A DNA stretch of 30,487 bases from Candidatus Hodarchaeum mangrovi. Its GTDB lineage: Archaea > Asgardarchaeota > Heimdallarchaeia > Hodarchaeales > Hodarchaeaceae. The notes below the pieces were generated by a model. That model had not been told where the DNA came from. It did not search any database and saw nothing but the letters and a program-made list of their open reading frames with translations. The position numbers and the translations under genes are program-made. Below are positions 19,727-29,684 of this stretch, one piece after another (positions within the stretch are counted from its first letter, which is position 1; the number at the start of each line of letters is the position of its first letter). The stretch lies in assembly GCA_016839515.1 (NCBI GenBank), contig JAEOUE010000129.1, positions 1-30,487 of the forward strand, in the 5' to 3' direction.

Positions 19727-20020
19727 TTATCTTTTCTTTGCCCAAGAGGAATCCTCTGGCCATTTATGATTCTTCTCATTAATTGGAGTAATTTCGAAGA
19801 TCACTCCTGTCTTAGAGGGGCAATGTATCCTCCAAACACCATCTTCTTCCCAAGATTGTCCTCCAGATGCTGCCATTGAAAGATAAGGGGTCATAGCATA
19901 ATGCGCGTCATTACATAAACCTTCTGGTCTCATCAAAGCATATGGGAGGGTCCATTCATCACCAACATTATGTGGACATTTTCCCATTTTTTTAATTAGT
20001 TTTATTCTCAAGTATTTCAT
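19727..20020 (-). CDS. TIGR04076-like small three-cysteine protein
   Basis: Pattern GKCPHNVGD...PEGLC..A...HCP...VIFEI. Confidence 0.65.
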   Translation of the reverse strand: MKYLRIKLIKKMGKCPHNVGDEWTLPYALMRPEGLCNDAHYAMTPYLSMAASGGQSWEEDGVWRIHCPSKTGVIFEITPINEKNHKWPEDSSWAKKR

Positions 20021-20021
20021 C

Positions 20022-21368
20022 TTAATTTCCCATTAAATAAGGACTTTGATTAAATTTCCGAAAGATTAAATGTATTTTATTAGTAAACCATCTCCAATGT
20101 TCCCCAATTAATATAACATAGAATGGTACAAATTCTAGAATACGAATCCAATCATTTTCTAACCATATATTAAGAGAATCAAATTGGATATAAACATGGT
20201 AGGATAGGATAAGCGACCCTGTAAGGATTATCCAACTCAAATTAATCTTTTCATTATCTAAAAGAATGAAAGGAAAAATCCAAAAAATATACCAAGGATG
20301 AAATGTTGGTTGCAGTAAAATAAATGCACCAATTATTAAATAAGCCTGTTTATAAGGTAATATCGTACTTTTATTTGCTTGTTTTGTTAGGAGAAAGATT
20401 AATATTAAAAATATAAGTCCTGCAATAATTTTTGAGGTTTGAATATCCATATTCAATTGAAAAATAATCCAGAAAATGCTTGCATTGAAATACCAATCTG
20501 TGGCATAGACAAGTAGTCCAGTATAAAGCTGAGGATCAATTAAAGCCCATAAAATGTAAAAAATACTTCCTATTATGATTATCCCCCTCCCAACATTGTC
20601 TAATCTTTTCCAGAAGATTGGAAATAAGAAGATGGCAAAATATTTTAATAGAAACGCTAGTAAAAAAAGAATAGATGCAAATGACTTATGTTCTCTTTCT
20701 AAAGCCCATACAGCAACTATAATTGGTAAAATAATTAATGGTTCAAAGTGTACTCCATTTGCAGTTTCCATATGAAGAAGTGGATTCCATGCGTAGATTA
20801 TTATTTTCCATTGATGATTAAGAGGGAGAATTTTATACATGGCAATAATTGATAGGAGAAAAGCTCCTGAGAAGGTTAATCGGAAAATATTGATAGATTC
20901 GGTGAAAAAAGATAAAATCGCAAAAATAAGTAATGCTAAAGGAGGATATGGAGAAGTAACATTAATATGATTTGCTTTCTCCAATAATTCAGGATTTGGC
21001 AAAATTGAGCTTAGATTCCCTATTGGTGTGTGATAGGGATTTAATCCTTGATTAACCGCCCATCCTTCAAGAAAAAAACGATATATATCATCTGATAGTG
21101 AGATTTCTGTGAGAAGTAAGGAAATTTGAACTAGCAGAGCAATTAAAATAATAGTAAATAGGTATTTTCTCTGTTCAATCTGAACAGTTTTAGAGACATA
21201 AATTCCTAATAAGTAGAATCCAAATGGTATTAAGAATAAAGACTGTAATTTATTGGAGCTTCGATTTAGATGAGTAAGACTGATAAGTAAGAGAAACGAG
21301 AAGAGAAATGAAATTCCAATGATTAGAAGATTTATAGCTTTTTTTTCACTACTAGCGATTTCTATCAT
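20022..21368 (-). CDS. GT-C fold membrane glycosyltransferase (GT87/DUF2029-like)
   Basis: SDDIYRF..EG, G.NPY, SPYPP, YAWNPL...E...H.E, W.FNAS and PTFHPWY, with many TM segments. Confidence 0.82.
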   Translation of the reverse strand: MIEIASSEKKAINLLIIGISFLFSFLLLISLTHLNRSSNKLQSLFLIPFGFYLLGIYVSKTVQIEQRKYLFTIILIALLVQISLLLTEISLSDDIYRFFLEGWAVNQGLNPYHTPIGNLSSILPNPELLEKANHINVTSPYPPLALLIFAILSFFTESINIFRLTFSGAFLLSIIAMYKILPLNHQWKIIIYAWNPLLHMETANGVHFEPLIILPIIVAVWALEREHKSFASILFLLAFLLKYFAIFLFPIFWKRLDNVGRGIIIIGSIFYILWALIDPQLYTGLLVYATDWYFNASIFWIIFQLNMDIQTSKIIAGLIFLILIFLLTKQANKSTILPYKQAYLIIGAFILLQPTFHPWYIFWIFPFILLDNEKINLSWIILTGSLILSYHVYIQFDSLNIWLENDWIRILEFVPFYVILIGEHWRWFTNKIHLIFRKFNQSPYLMGN

Positions 21369-21377
21369 GCTTCATTC

Positions 21378-22808
21378 CTACTTTTTCGTTACAGCCCACG
21401 AAATGTGTGGTTTGCCAATAATCCATCTAATTGTCGCATAGAGGGCCGAAAATGATTCAATGGTTCCCGCCAATGGGGTTACCAAAAGAAGTTTTATTTG
21501 TTCAAAAAATTTAGCTGACCTACTTAAATTCGGAATGACCTCAAGGTTTTTTGATGAGCCAATAATGATCCCAAAGATCCAGAATAATGTACCAGGTAGA
21601 AAAATGAACCTTGTTAAAAAAAACTGGAAGACTTGAAAGGAGGAGGAGGACATAATTTGATCTACACTTAGAAAAGCAAAGAAGGAAGGAAATAAAAATA
21701 CCACTCCATTGAATATGACAAAAATAGCGGCAAAAAAACTTAATGAATGAGTAATGATCCTTAATCGGATACGAAATTGAATTTTCATCTTTTTTTTCCA
21801 TATTAAGGATTTGTATTCTTCTCGAGTTCTCAGAAGTTTTAATGCTTGCCAAGTTCCCGTTATCCATCTTATTCTTGCTTTCACTGAAGACTTTATGGTA
21901 AGTGGTGGTTGTTCAAATAATCTACCCCCATGCCAACCAAATACCTCTCCCCCGTACTTAGAATAAGCAATTAATCCAAATATTAGGTCTTCAGCAAGTA
22001 AAGGTTTGTTTGCTATCGTTCCATAATCCCAACCGATTTCTTCTATAACTTTCTCCTCTATAAGTAGATTAGATCCATGTAAATGCAGTGGCGGGGGGTA
22101 ATTCATGACCTGAACACAATGATGACAATTGAAGGGTCTAGATGCTTCCATTTGACGACTTATTAGATTTGATTCAAAATATCGATGTGGATAAACAATG
22201 GGTCCTTCAAGAATTCGTTTATTTGGACTATTTATTACAGTTTGTAATACTCGCCTAAATTCAATATCATCTATCGTCGATTCCGCGTCAAAATAAAAGA
22301 TATAAGTTGGATGGTTATTAATAGATGATTTTTTCGATTTTCGATACTCAATAGAATATTGAAGACTACGAGCCTTATAATAAGTATTATTTTTTGTTTT
22401 ATAATTAGAAGGGACAATGATTGTTTCAGATGGAAATTCGATACCAAGTTCATCAAAGTATCGACAAAAAATCTCCTTTTCTGAATATTCTTCAGTAACA
22501 ATGAGTAGTTCAAAGTGGTTTTTAAATAGAAGATTTGATTTTGAAACTTCAAAAATACTCTTAATTCCTCTCTTAACTACATGTACTTCATTTCCTCTGG
22601 TTGTGATTTGAAATTTTATTCTGGGAAATTTATGATGAGTATTTTTAAACCGATCTTTTAATTCATGATCTGTTAATATTATTGGATTAAGGTAGACTTT
22701 TCGGTGTTTAATATAAGCAGGTATCAGTTCTAAAAAATAGTATAATGTGCTAAAAAAGAAAAAAATACCACTAATTATCCAAAGTGTAAGTCCTAGATGA
22801 TTTAACAT
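21378..22808 (-). CDS. Membrane GT2 glycosyltransferase (egghead-like/Glyco_trans_2_3)
   Basis: QITTRG, KARSLQY, FDAES, HGSNLLI, LAED, EQPP and RIRW, with N- and C-terminal TM helices. Confidence 0.8.
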   Translation of the reverse strand: MLNHLGLTLWIISGIFFFFSTLYYFLELIPAYIKHRKVYLNPIILTDHELKDRFKNTHHKFPRIKFQITTRGNEVHVVKRGIKSIFEVSKSNLLFKNHFELLIVTEEYSEKEIFCRYFDELGIEFPSETIIVPSNYKTKNNTYYKARSLQYSIEYRKSKKSSINNHPTYIFYFDAESTIDDIEFRRVLQTVINSPNKRILEGPIVYPHRYFESNLISRQMEASRPFNCHHCVQVMNYPPPLHLHGSNLLIEEKVIEEIGWDYGTIANKPLLAEDLIFGLIAYSKYGGEVFGWHGGRLFEQPPLTIKSSVKARIRWITGTWQALKLLRTREEYKSLIWKKKMKIQFRIRLRIITHSLSFFAAIFVIFNGVVFLFPSFFAFLSVDQIMSSSSFQVFQFFLTRFIFLPGTLFWIFGIIIGSSKNLEVIPNLSRSAKFFEQIKLLLVTPLAGTIESFSALYATIRWIIGKPHISWAVTKK

Positions 22809-22839
22809 CCAATCTCCTCAATCAAGAGAATCAATGACA

Positions 22840-23622
22840 TTATTCCATACCTTCTCTCCAAATTTTTAAAGGAAGTGAGTTGATCACTTCGTACGTGTAA
22901 CTAGGAAAATAATAATTCTTCCTTACGCTTGACGCAATTGAATAAAGATGGATCAATTCTCTTACGGATTTCAGATTCTCAAAACAATCAATATCTGTTA
23001 CCTCAGGGAGAATATAAACTTCTGTTTCTCGAATTAAAAGATCTATAGCATTCCCTAGCTCGTTATATGTTGTGTAATACGTAAAAATTTTATCTAATGA
23101 AAGAGAATTACTTTCATTAATCCCTAGAAGGTAAAATCCTCCGTTTTGAGAAGGACCAATTACCGAATTCTTGAAATTTTCTTGTAAAATTTTGAAAGCA
23201 GAAGAAATAATGTTAGGTTGAAGATGTGGAGTATCTGATCCTATTATTATAGCTGATCTAAGTTTTAAACATTTGAATGCATAATTAAAAGAAAATGCGA
23301 AACGAGATCCAATATCCTCCCCTTCTTGTGGAATAATTTTGATTCTATTAATGAATTCAGGATAAATTTGATTAAGAGGCTTAATAATTCTTTCCTGAAG
23401 GATTTTCCTTTTTTCACGAGGATAAAATGCTAGGATTACAACTGTTTCGTTTACAAATGAATGTATGTTAAGAAGAGTATCTTTTAACATGGCTTCTTGA
23501 AGTTTTGAATTGAATTGGGAGTTTAAATCTTTATGTACAAGTCTTGTTTTTACAAATCCAGGTTGAGGAACTTTTGTAAAGATTATAATCCCTAGAGTTT
23601 TTCCACTTTTCAATATTAACAC
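22840..23622 (-). CDS. TIGR04282/DUF2064 family GT-A fold (CofC-like) protein
   Basis: IFTKVPQPGFVKTRL, QEGEDIGSR, IIGSDTP, VIGPSQNGGFYLLG and DID. Start may be TTG 23613. Confidence 0.85.
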   Translation of the reverse strand: MLILKSGKTLGIIIFTKVPQPGFVKTRLVHKDLNSQFNSKLQEAMLKDTLLNIHSFVNETVVILAFYPREKRKILQERIIKPLNQIYPEFINRIKIIPQEGEDIGSRFAFSFNYAFKCLKLRSAIIIGSDTPHLQPNIISSAFKILQENFKNSVIGPSQNGGFYLLGINESNSLSLDKIFTYYTTYNELGNAIDLLIRETEVYILPEVTDIDCFENLKSVRELIHLYSIASSVRKNYYFPSYTYEVINSLPLKIWREGME

Positions 23623-23716
23623 CTAAATTGGTAAATAGATTTGTTATGATTTCTATAAGTAAAGATTTTTAAGAATTATATATAGAATTTAATCTAAAGA
23701 CGGAGATTCTAAACCA

Positions 23717-24169
23717 ATGCTTTCATTTTTAAAATCAGCGATTAACAGACATCTTGATGAAACGGCATTAATAATAGATCAATTAACAACAATTGATATT
23801 ACAAGCCAACCTGTTGAAAATGGAAGAAAATTCGGAGAAATTGTCTTGCATATGATCCGATCCTTAGAGTACTACTCTAGAGGTTTAACTAGCAAGGTCT
23901 GGGAAGTTTTACCATATGATTTAGATTCTTATCCCTCATCTAAAGACATTCAAGAGTTATATAGATCCGTTTCAAGCCGTGTAAGAAGTTACTTAAATGA
24001 TTTATCTCCTTCACTCCTTGAAGAACACTTCAGTGAATTTAATAGACCTGCTTCGGGATTTGAAATCCTACTTGAGATGCTTGAACATAGTATTCAACAT
24101 CGGGGCCAATTGCTTGTTTATTTGCGACTTCTTGATGTTGAACCTGCTAAAATTCCCTATATTATTTAA
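23717..24169 (+). CDS. DinB family protein
   Basis: His triad in LHM and EHSIQHRGQL..YLR. Overlaps the convergent GT2 gene by 8 nt. Confidence 0.85.
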   Translation: MLSFLKSAINRHLDETALIIDQLTTIDITSQPVENGRKFGEIVLHMIRSLEYYSRGLTSKVWEVLPYDLDSYPSSKDIQELYRSVSSRVRSYLNDLSPSLLEEHFSEFNRPASGFEILLEMLEHSIQHRGQLLVYLRLLDVEPAKIPYII

Positions 24170-24887
24170 TTTTGTTTGGTTTCCAAAAAAATATAACTTT
24201 TAAATAAGTTAATAGCATAGCAATAGCAGCCTTTATTGATGTGCTCATTTGACCAGATATCTTACTTTTCCCTTCTTTGCGTTGGTGATATTGAACAGGA
24301 ATTTCTAGATGAGGAACTCTCATCTTGAGAAGTTTAGATGACATTTCAATTGTCCACCCATACCCTTTCGATTTCATTTCTAATGATTTCAAGAATTCCC
24401 AAGTCATTACTCTCAATGGACCTAAATCAGTTATTTTTTGTTGAAAGGATAATAATAAAATAATAGAAAAAATCTTATTAGCAACTTGTGCAAGAGGAGT
24501 AAGCGATTTTTTAGATTTCAATGGAATCATCCTTGATCCTTGACAGTATACGGTTACATTTGATAAAACAGGTGTCGCTACCCTTTTTATGTCGTTTATA
24601 TGGCTTTGACCATCTCCATCAAAGAAGCAAACAAACTTTGGTTTTTGACTAAGTTGATTAAGGTATCTTATGCCTGCTAGACATGCTGATCCATAACCCA
24701 CTTTAGTTTCTCTGATTACATCTACTCCTGCTTCTTTAGCGATTCTGAAAGTATCATCTATCGAATTATTATCAACTATTAAGATATTTTTTATAGTCTT
24801 TTTCAATTGAGGAATTAATTTGGGTAGTGAATGCTCCTCATTTCTAGCAGGAATAATTATATGAAGATTAGAAAGAGGTTTTATCAC
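24162..24887 (-). CDS. GT2 glycosyltransferase, polyprenyl-phosphate sugar synthase (DPM1-like)
   Basis: IIPARNEE, VDNNSIDDT, GYGSAC..G, FDGDG, GSR, TDLGP.R, YGWTIEM and R.EGKSKISG. Confidence 0.88.
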   Translation of the reverse strand: MIKPLSNLHIIIPARNEEHSLPKLIPQLKKTIKNILIVDNNSIDDTFRIAKEAGVDVIRETKVGYGSACLAGIRYLNQLSQKPKFVCFFDGDGQSHINDIKRVATPVLSNVTVYCQGSRMIPLKSKKSLTPLAQVANKIFSIILLLSFQQKITDLGPLRVMTWEFLKSLEMKSKGYGWTIEMSSKLLKMRVPHLEIPVQYHQRKEGKSKISGQMSTSIKAAIAMLLTYLKVIFFWKPNKIK

Positions 24888-24902
24888 GATTTATTACCAT
24901 TA

Positions 24903-25964
24903 TTAATTTTTAGATATTTGTGGAGTTGATTGTGGAAGCATTTGTTTAAATCGTATATAAATAAGATAGGATCCGCTCCAATTACCTAGTATCATAAATA
25001 TAAGTGCGACTATTGAAGATATACCTAATTCTGGAATACCTCCTAAAATATGACCGAAATTGCATCCTAATGCCAATATTGCACCTAAACCTAGAAGGAA
25101 TCCTCCTCCCAAATATCGTCCAATTTCTATAAGATTTGGAATTTTTAACCTAAATTCTTTTAATTCAACAGAAGAAATAAAGGATCCTAGTATTAAACCA
25201 ATTACGAATATTCCTGCCCATCCAAGGCCTTCAAGGGGTAAAAGATTAATAATTCCAAAGCTGAATTTGACAACTTCTCCAATTCCATCTGTTGTTGAAA
25301 ATCCAAAATTTCTATTCGCAAGAGTGGATGAAGCACGTGCAGCTGTTCCGAGGATACCAAGAAGCGTACCAGACATAATTGGACTCCATTTAGGAAGTAG
25401 ATGATTTAGTTGACTTTTTGTTTGTCTTATGTACAAAAAAATCCCTAAAAGAATTAAAATTGCAGTGAATGTCCAGATTTCCCTAGGGAAAAAGTTTTCA
25501 AGGCTTGGAACACCTTCATTATTTATCCAAATTGATTTTATCCGAATATCAGTAATTATAGAATTAAAAGGATCGATAATGCTTAATCCAATTCCAAAGG
25601 CAAAACCAATGAAAGCTAAGAATGATTTTATGGATCCTTCTCCTATTCTATAACATGTACCTCCTGCACATCCTCCAGCAAAAACTGTACCCAATCCAAA
25701 GATGAATCCTCCAATTGGTACTAAGAGAATAGAAAAAGGGATTGGATTTGACTGGAAAGAAAAATTAGGAATAAATACTAAAATTTGATAACCAATAATT
25801 TCAATTAAAACAGCAATAAGGAATACAAATGCTATTTCTTTATTATTGATTATGAGTAAATTACGAAAGGCAGTATTTGAACATACTCGACCCCTTTGGA
25901 GAACGATTCCCGTAAATATGCCAATCAAGATCGCTAATAATATATCGAATAGAAATAAAGACAT
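24903..25964 (-). CDS. YeeE/YedE family sulfur (thiosulfate/selenium) transporter
   Basis: LQRGRVC, GGFIFGLG..FAGGC..G..YRIGEG and GG.LLGLGA.LA.GC..GH, with three conserved Cys. Confidence 0.88.
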   Translation of the reverse strand: MSLFLFDILLAILIGIFTGIVLQRGRVCSNTAFRNLLIINNKEIAFVFLIAVLIEIIGYQILVFIPNFSFQSNPIPFSILLVPIGGFIFGLGTVFAGGCAGGTCYRIGEGSIKSFLAFIGFAFGIGLSIIDPFNSIITDIRIKSIWINNEGVPSLENFFPREIWTFTAILILLGIFLYIRQTKSQLNHLLPKWSPIMSGTLLGILGTAARASSTLANRNFGFSTTDGIGEVVKFSFGIINLLPLEGLGWAGIFVIGLILGSFISSVELKEFRLKIPNLIEIGRYLGGGFLLGLGAILALGCNFGHILGGIPELGISSIVALIFMILGNWSGSYLIYIRFKQMLPQSTPQISKN

Positions 25965-26113
25965 TTTGACACCAATTTCTATTTTATAAATTCATTATAG
26001 GTTTCTAACAAAGCTCTTAGCTCTAATTTCAAATAATTTGATCTCAACATATATTTATTGAAACATTTTTTAAAAAACCATATTTAATTTTATGCTAAAT
26101 TTCATTAAATAAG

Positions 26114-27541
26114 ATGATGAATATGACCGAAGCTAGCATAGATCAAGCAGATTTTGGATTAGAATATGCACAGCAGAATGATGTTCAATATGCTGAAGCA
26201 AGATTAATTGATGGCATAAGAACTGTTTTTTTCCTTCAAAATGGGAATATTCTAAGTGGTTCTACTCTTCCTTGGCAAGGTATTGGTTTTCGTGTCCTAG
26301 TTAACGGAGGATTAGCTTTTGTTTCAGTTGATGATATATTCAACCGTAAGACTATCAAGAAAGCTATTGACACAGGCATTAAAATGGCGCGAACATCTAA
26401 TCCAAAAGATAAAATCAATTTTGGGAGTCCAGTATCGAATGTAGCAAAATGGGGGATTCCAGTAAAAGAGAAAATTTCTGATGTAACTACTGATAGAATG
26501 CTAGACCTTCTTGTTGAGATGGATAAAGTAGCCGAAAGCCAAAATATTAGCACTAGGGCAAATATTTTCGAAGCTCAGGAATTAAATAAATATATTATTA
26601 CTTCTGAGGGTACAAAAATTGATGCATCCTTATCTATGTTGAAATTCTTCGGAATATTAACAGCTAAAGGATTGTTAGACTCTGAACAGAAGATGGTTGA
26701 CTTAACACGAAGTACAGGCTGGGAAGGAACTAAAACTTGGTTAAAAGAATATGAAAATTATTGTACACGTATTGCTAAAGTTGCAGCTCAATCAGACCAT
26801 AAATTAACAGGAAAAACCGACTTCGTTGTAGGACCTGAGGTTGTCGGTATTATATGTCATGAGAATTGTGGACATCCATCCGAAGGAGATCGAATTAAAG
26901 GTCGTGAGGGGGCTCAGGCTGGAGAGAGTTTCTGGCGTGATTTAAAACTTAGAGAATCTCGAGTAGGATCTGAATATGTGACTATTCTTGAAGATCCTAC
27001 CATTCCTGAAACAGGCGGTTATTATTTATATGATGATGAGGGTGTTAAAGCGCGAGAAAGAGTTTTGGTCAAGAAAGGGGTTATAAATGAACCCCTATTA
27101 AATCGAGAATTTGGTGTGAAATTTGGATTAGCTTCTAATGCAGCAGCTCGGGCAGCTGATTATAACCGTGAACCAATTATTCGAATGGCAAATACTTTTA
27201 TGAAACCTGGCAATTTCACTCCTGAAGAATTAATAGAGGACGTGTCCTCTGGGGTCTATATGTTATCATTCACGGAATGGAATATAGATGATAGAAGATA
27301 CCAATCAAAATATGTAGGCTTTGAATGTTATGAAATTAAAAAAGGAGAAATCACTGAGAAAATGATAAGAAGACCTGTCATGGAGCTTACTTCAATCGGA
27401 CTTTTTTCATCCATTGATGGCGTATCGAAGGATTTAAACTTTGATTTTCCTGGAATTTGTGGCAAGAGTGACCCTGGCCAAGGAGTTCCAGTTCATGCAG
27501 GGGGTGGAATGATACGTATGCGAGGGATCAGGTTAGGATAG
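26114..27541 (+). CDS. tldD: TldD metalloprotease, catalytic subunit (copy 2)
   Basis: GFRVLVNGGLAF, HENCGH, YDDEG, PIIRMANT and CGKSDP. Confidence 0.92.
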   Translation: MMNMTEASIDQADFGLEYAQQNDVQYAEARLIDGIRTVFFLQNGNILSGSTLPWQGIGFRVLVNGGLAFVSVDDIFNRKTIKKAIDTGIKMARTSNPKDKINFGSPVSNVAKWGIPVKEKISDVTTDRMLDLLVEMDKVAESQNISTRANIFEAQELNKYIITSEGTKIDASLSMLKFFGILTAKGLLDSEQKMVDLTRSTGWEGTKTWLKEYENYCTRIAKVAAQSDHKLTGKTDFVVGPEVVGIICHENCGHPSEGDRIKGREGAQAGESFWRDLKLRESRVGSEYVTILEDPTIPETGGYYLYDDEGVKARERVLVKKGVINEPLLNREFGVKFGLASNAAARAADYNREPIIRMANTFMKPGNFTPEELIEDVSSGVYMLSFTEWNIDDRRYQSKYVGFECYEIKKGEITEKMIRRPVMELTSIGLFSSIDGVSKDLNFDFPGICGKSDPGQGVPVHAGGGMIRMRGIRLG

Positions 27542-27551
27542 GTGAAAAATC

Positions 27552-28934
27552 ATGAGTGAATCACTACATTCTTATGTTGAAAAAGCTGTGGAATTTGGGG
27601 AAAAACTAGGACTTGATGTGGTTATTGTTCGTGGATTGGAGAAAATACATAACCAGATTCGTTTTTCTCAGAATAATATTGATATTAACAAACAGTGGCA
27701 TACAAATGTTCTCGAAGTCTTTCTTGTTGTTGATAAAAATTTTGTTGCGACAGGTGAATTTTCTCCTTCCAATGAAGCTTATATTAAAAATCAAATTAAA
27801 TCGTTGGCAGAATTTGCTCGTAAGATGTCTCCAAGTCCGTTTTTTCAAGGAGTAGAGGAAAACACAGTTCCAAGCTATCCAGTAATAATAGGAGGTTATG
27901 ATTCAACTATTGATCAATATCGTGAAAAAGCACCTGAACATATCATTGCATGTATTAATGCTGCCTGTGAAGCAGGTGCCACACGTGTAGCTGGTTCATA
28001 CTTGTTTGGGGAGACATACAGCATTTTAAAGAGTTCATTGGGTCCATATGGACAGGATGAAACAACTTTTTTTAATTTAACTGTACGAGCGTTTCAAGAT
28101 GAATTAGATGCTTCTGGTCAGGGTTTATCCTGTGGTCGAATCCCCAGTATGGCAGAAAAAGAACTTTTAATGGCTGCGACTCGCGCTGGAACTTTTTCCA
28201 AATTACATAAGAATGCAGTTCAGGCTAAACCGGGAATCTATGACATAGTTATGACTCCTACTGTTGCTGCTAATCTTCTTGGAATAATCCCAGATATGGC
28301 TAATCCTGTTGCAATTATGATGGGATTGAGTGCATTGGGAGACAATATGGGCGAAAAATTAGCACCAGAATTTGTTAATGTAGATGATAACGGCTTGTTT
28401 AAGGACGGATTAGCTTCAGAACAATTTGATATTGAAGGTACACCTCATCAAAATACCCCTATAATAAAAGATGGAGTACTAGTTAATTTAATACATAATA
28501 CTTCAACATCAAAAATAATGGGTGGACAAACTACAGGTAACAGTAATTTGTTGGATATTGGTATTGGAAGTAAATTTCTGGCTCCAACTCCCACAAACAG
28601 AATATTCAATAATGGAGATCATTCTTTGGAGGAACTTCTTCAAAGTGAGAATCCTACAGTTTTTGTAAGCTGTAATTGGTATACACGCTATACAAGTAGA
28701 ATTTCGACTGATTATAGTACAATCCCTCGTGATGCCTCGTTTTTAGTCGAGAATGGCGAGCTCGGGGTTCCTATTAAAAATTTTAGAATTAGCGATAATC
28801 TATTGCGTCAATTTGCAAATATCGATGCAATGGGAAAGGATCGTGTTCAAGTGAAATGGTGGGAAGTCGAAGTCCCTACATTTATTCCAACTATAAGGGT
28901 AAAAAATTGTCGAATTACAACAGCAACTCAATAG
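27552..28934 (+). CDS. pmbA: TldE/PmbA partner subunit (copy 2)
   Basis: IRFSQN, FDIEGTP, LIHNTST, NWYTR and WWEV..PTF.P. Clear paralog of 11679..13037. AGGTGA RBS. Confidence 0.88.
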   Translation: MSESLHSYVEKAVEFGEKLGLDVVIVRGLEKIHNQIRFSQNNIDINKQWHTNVLEVFLVVDKNFVATGEFSPSNEAYIKNQIKSLAEFARKMSPSPFFQGVEENTVPSYPVIIGGYDSTIDQYREKAPEHIIACINAACEAGATRVAGSYLFGETYSILKSSLGPYGQDETTFFNLTVRAFQDELDASGQGLSCGRIPSMAEKELLMAATRAGTFSKLHKNAVQAKPGIYDIVMTPTVAANLLGIIPDMANPVAIMMGLSALGDNMGEKLAPEFVNVDDNGLFKDGLASEQFDIEGTPHQNTPIIKDGVLVNLIHNTSTSKIMGGQTTGNSNLLDIGIGSKFLAPTPTNRIFNNGDHSLEELLQSENPTVFVSCNWYTRYTSRISTDYSTIPRDASFLVENGELGVPIKNFRISDNLLRQFANIDAMGKDRVQVKWWEVEVPTFIPTIRVKNCRITTATQ

Positions 28935-28956
28935 AAAGATGTTTTACCTTATGGAA

Positions 28957-28984
28957 TGGGGATAATTTTTTTTTATCAACCCAA
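28957..28984. terminator. Imperfect hairpin with T9 run between convergent genes
   Basis: TGGGGATAA-T9-ATCAACCCA downstream of the second pmbA. Confidence 0.3.
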
Positions 28985-29059
28985 ATTATGAGAATTCAAG
29001 GAAAAACACTCTTCTCCCTGAAAATAAGATGTTTTATTGATTAATATATGAGGGAGAGT

Positions 29060-29656
29060 CTAACAAATTTCTTCTGCAAATCTTAAAGTAGACATTTGTA
29101 TAGCATCTGCTCGTATTAAGATTCGACGAATTTCTTCAATAAAAGACTCTTCTATTTCTTTTTGGATTTTCAGGTATTTTTTTCTAAATTCTTTTGAAAA
29201 ATCACTCTTGTCAATTTTCCATCCTAGTTCCTCTCGAAGTTGTCCATATAATTGATATGCTTTTGTAGTTCGTTCAACCCAACGATCTATATAGTAGAAA
29301 TCCTTGGTAAATACTAATACTTGAGGCACTTTTTCTCCTCCATTAACCTGAGTAATGAGAAATGGATATTTATTTTTATTAAAAATCTTCATCGAAATAT
29401 TTGGACTATTTTCAGCAATTTTTGCGAGAATTGGAATATTTGTTTGAGTATCCCAACACCAAGTTGCTGCAACAACTAATAAATTGATTTGGTTCTTGTT
29501 ATCAATTTGAAATTCATGCTTTTCAAATTTCCTCTCGCTTTTTCGATAATATAACATCATTCGATCTTTTTCATCAGTTGTTCCTTCTCTAACGAACTCT
29601 TCAAATGTAAGTCCTGTTTCATAGAATTCCTTGGTAATTCTTTCAATCATGGGCAA
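29060..29656 (-). CDS. Thioredoxin-fold protein (Thioredoxin_9-like) with CxxT motif
   Basis: LLVVAATWCWDT...IP, NGGEKVP and WVER. Likely start ATG 29650. Confidence 0.75.
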   Translation of the reverse strand: MPMIERITKEFYETGLTFEEFVREGTTDEKDRMMLYYRKSERKFEKHEFQIDNKNQINLLVVAATWCWDTQTNIPILAKIAENSPNISMKIFNKNKYPFLITQVNGGEKVPQVLVFTKDFYYIDRWVERTTKAYQLYGQLREELGWKIDKSDFSKEFRKKYLKIQKEIEESFIEEIRRILIRADAIQMSTLRFAEEIC

Positions 29657-29684
29657 TCACTTTTAGAATATAAAGGGAAGAGGT

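Noticed and set aside
16648-23622. Canonical arsenosugar (arsM/arsS) cluster
   Set aside because: The rSAM has a SPASM C-terminus rather than ArsS architecture, and the MTase lacks a recognisable ArsM pattern. Only the TIGR04282-like gene matches.
10248-28934. tldD/E copies as direct repeats of a mobile element
   Set aside because: Nucleotide similarity is patchy with many synonymous differences, and no integrase, transposase, att site or tRNA is seen.
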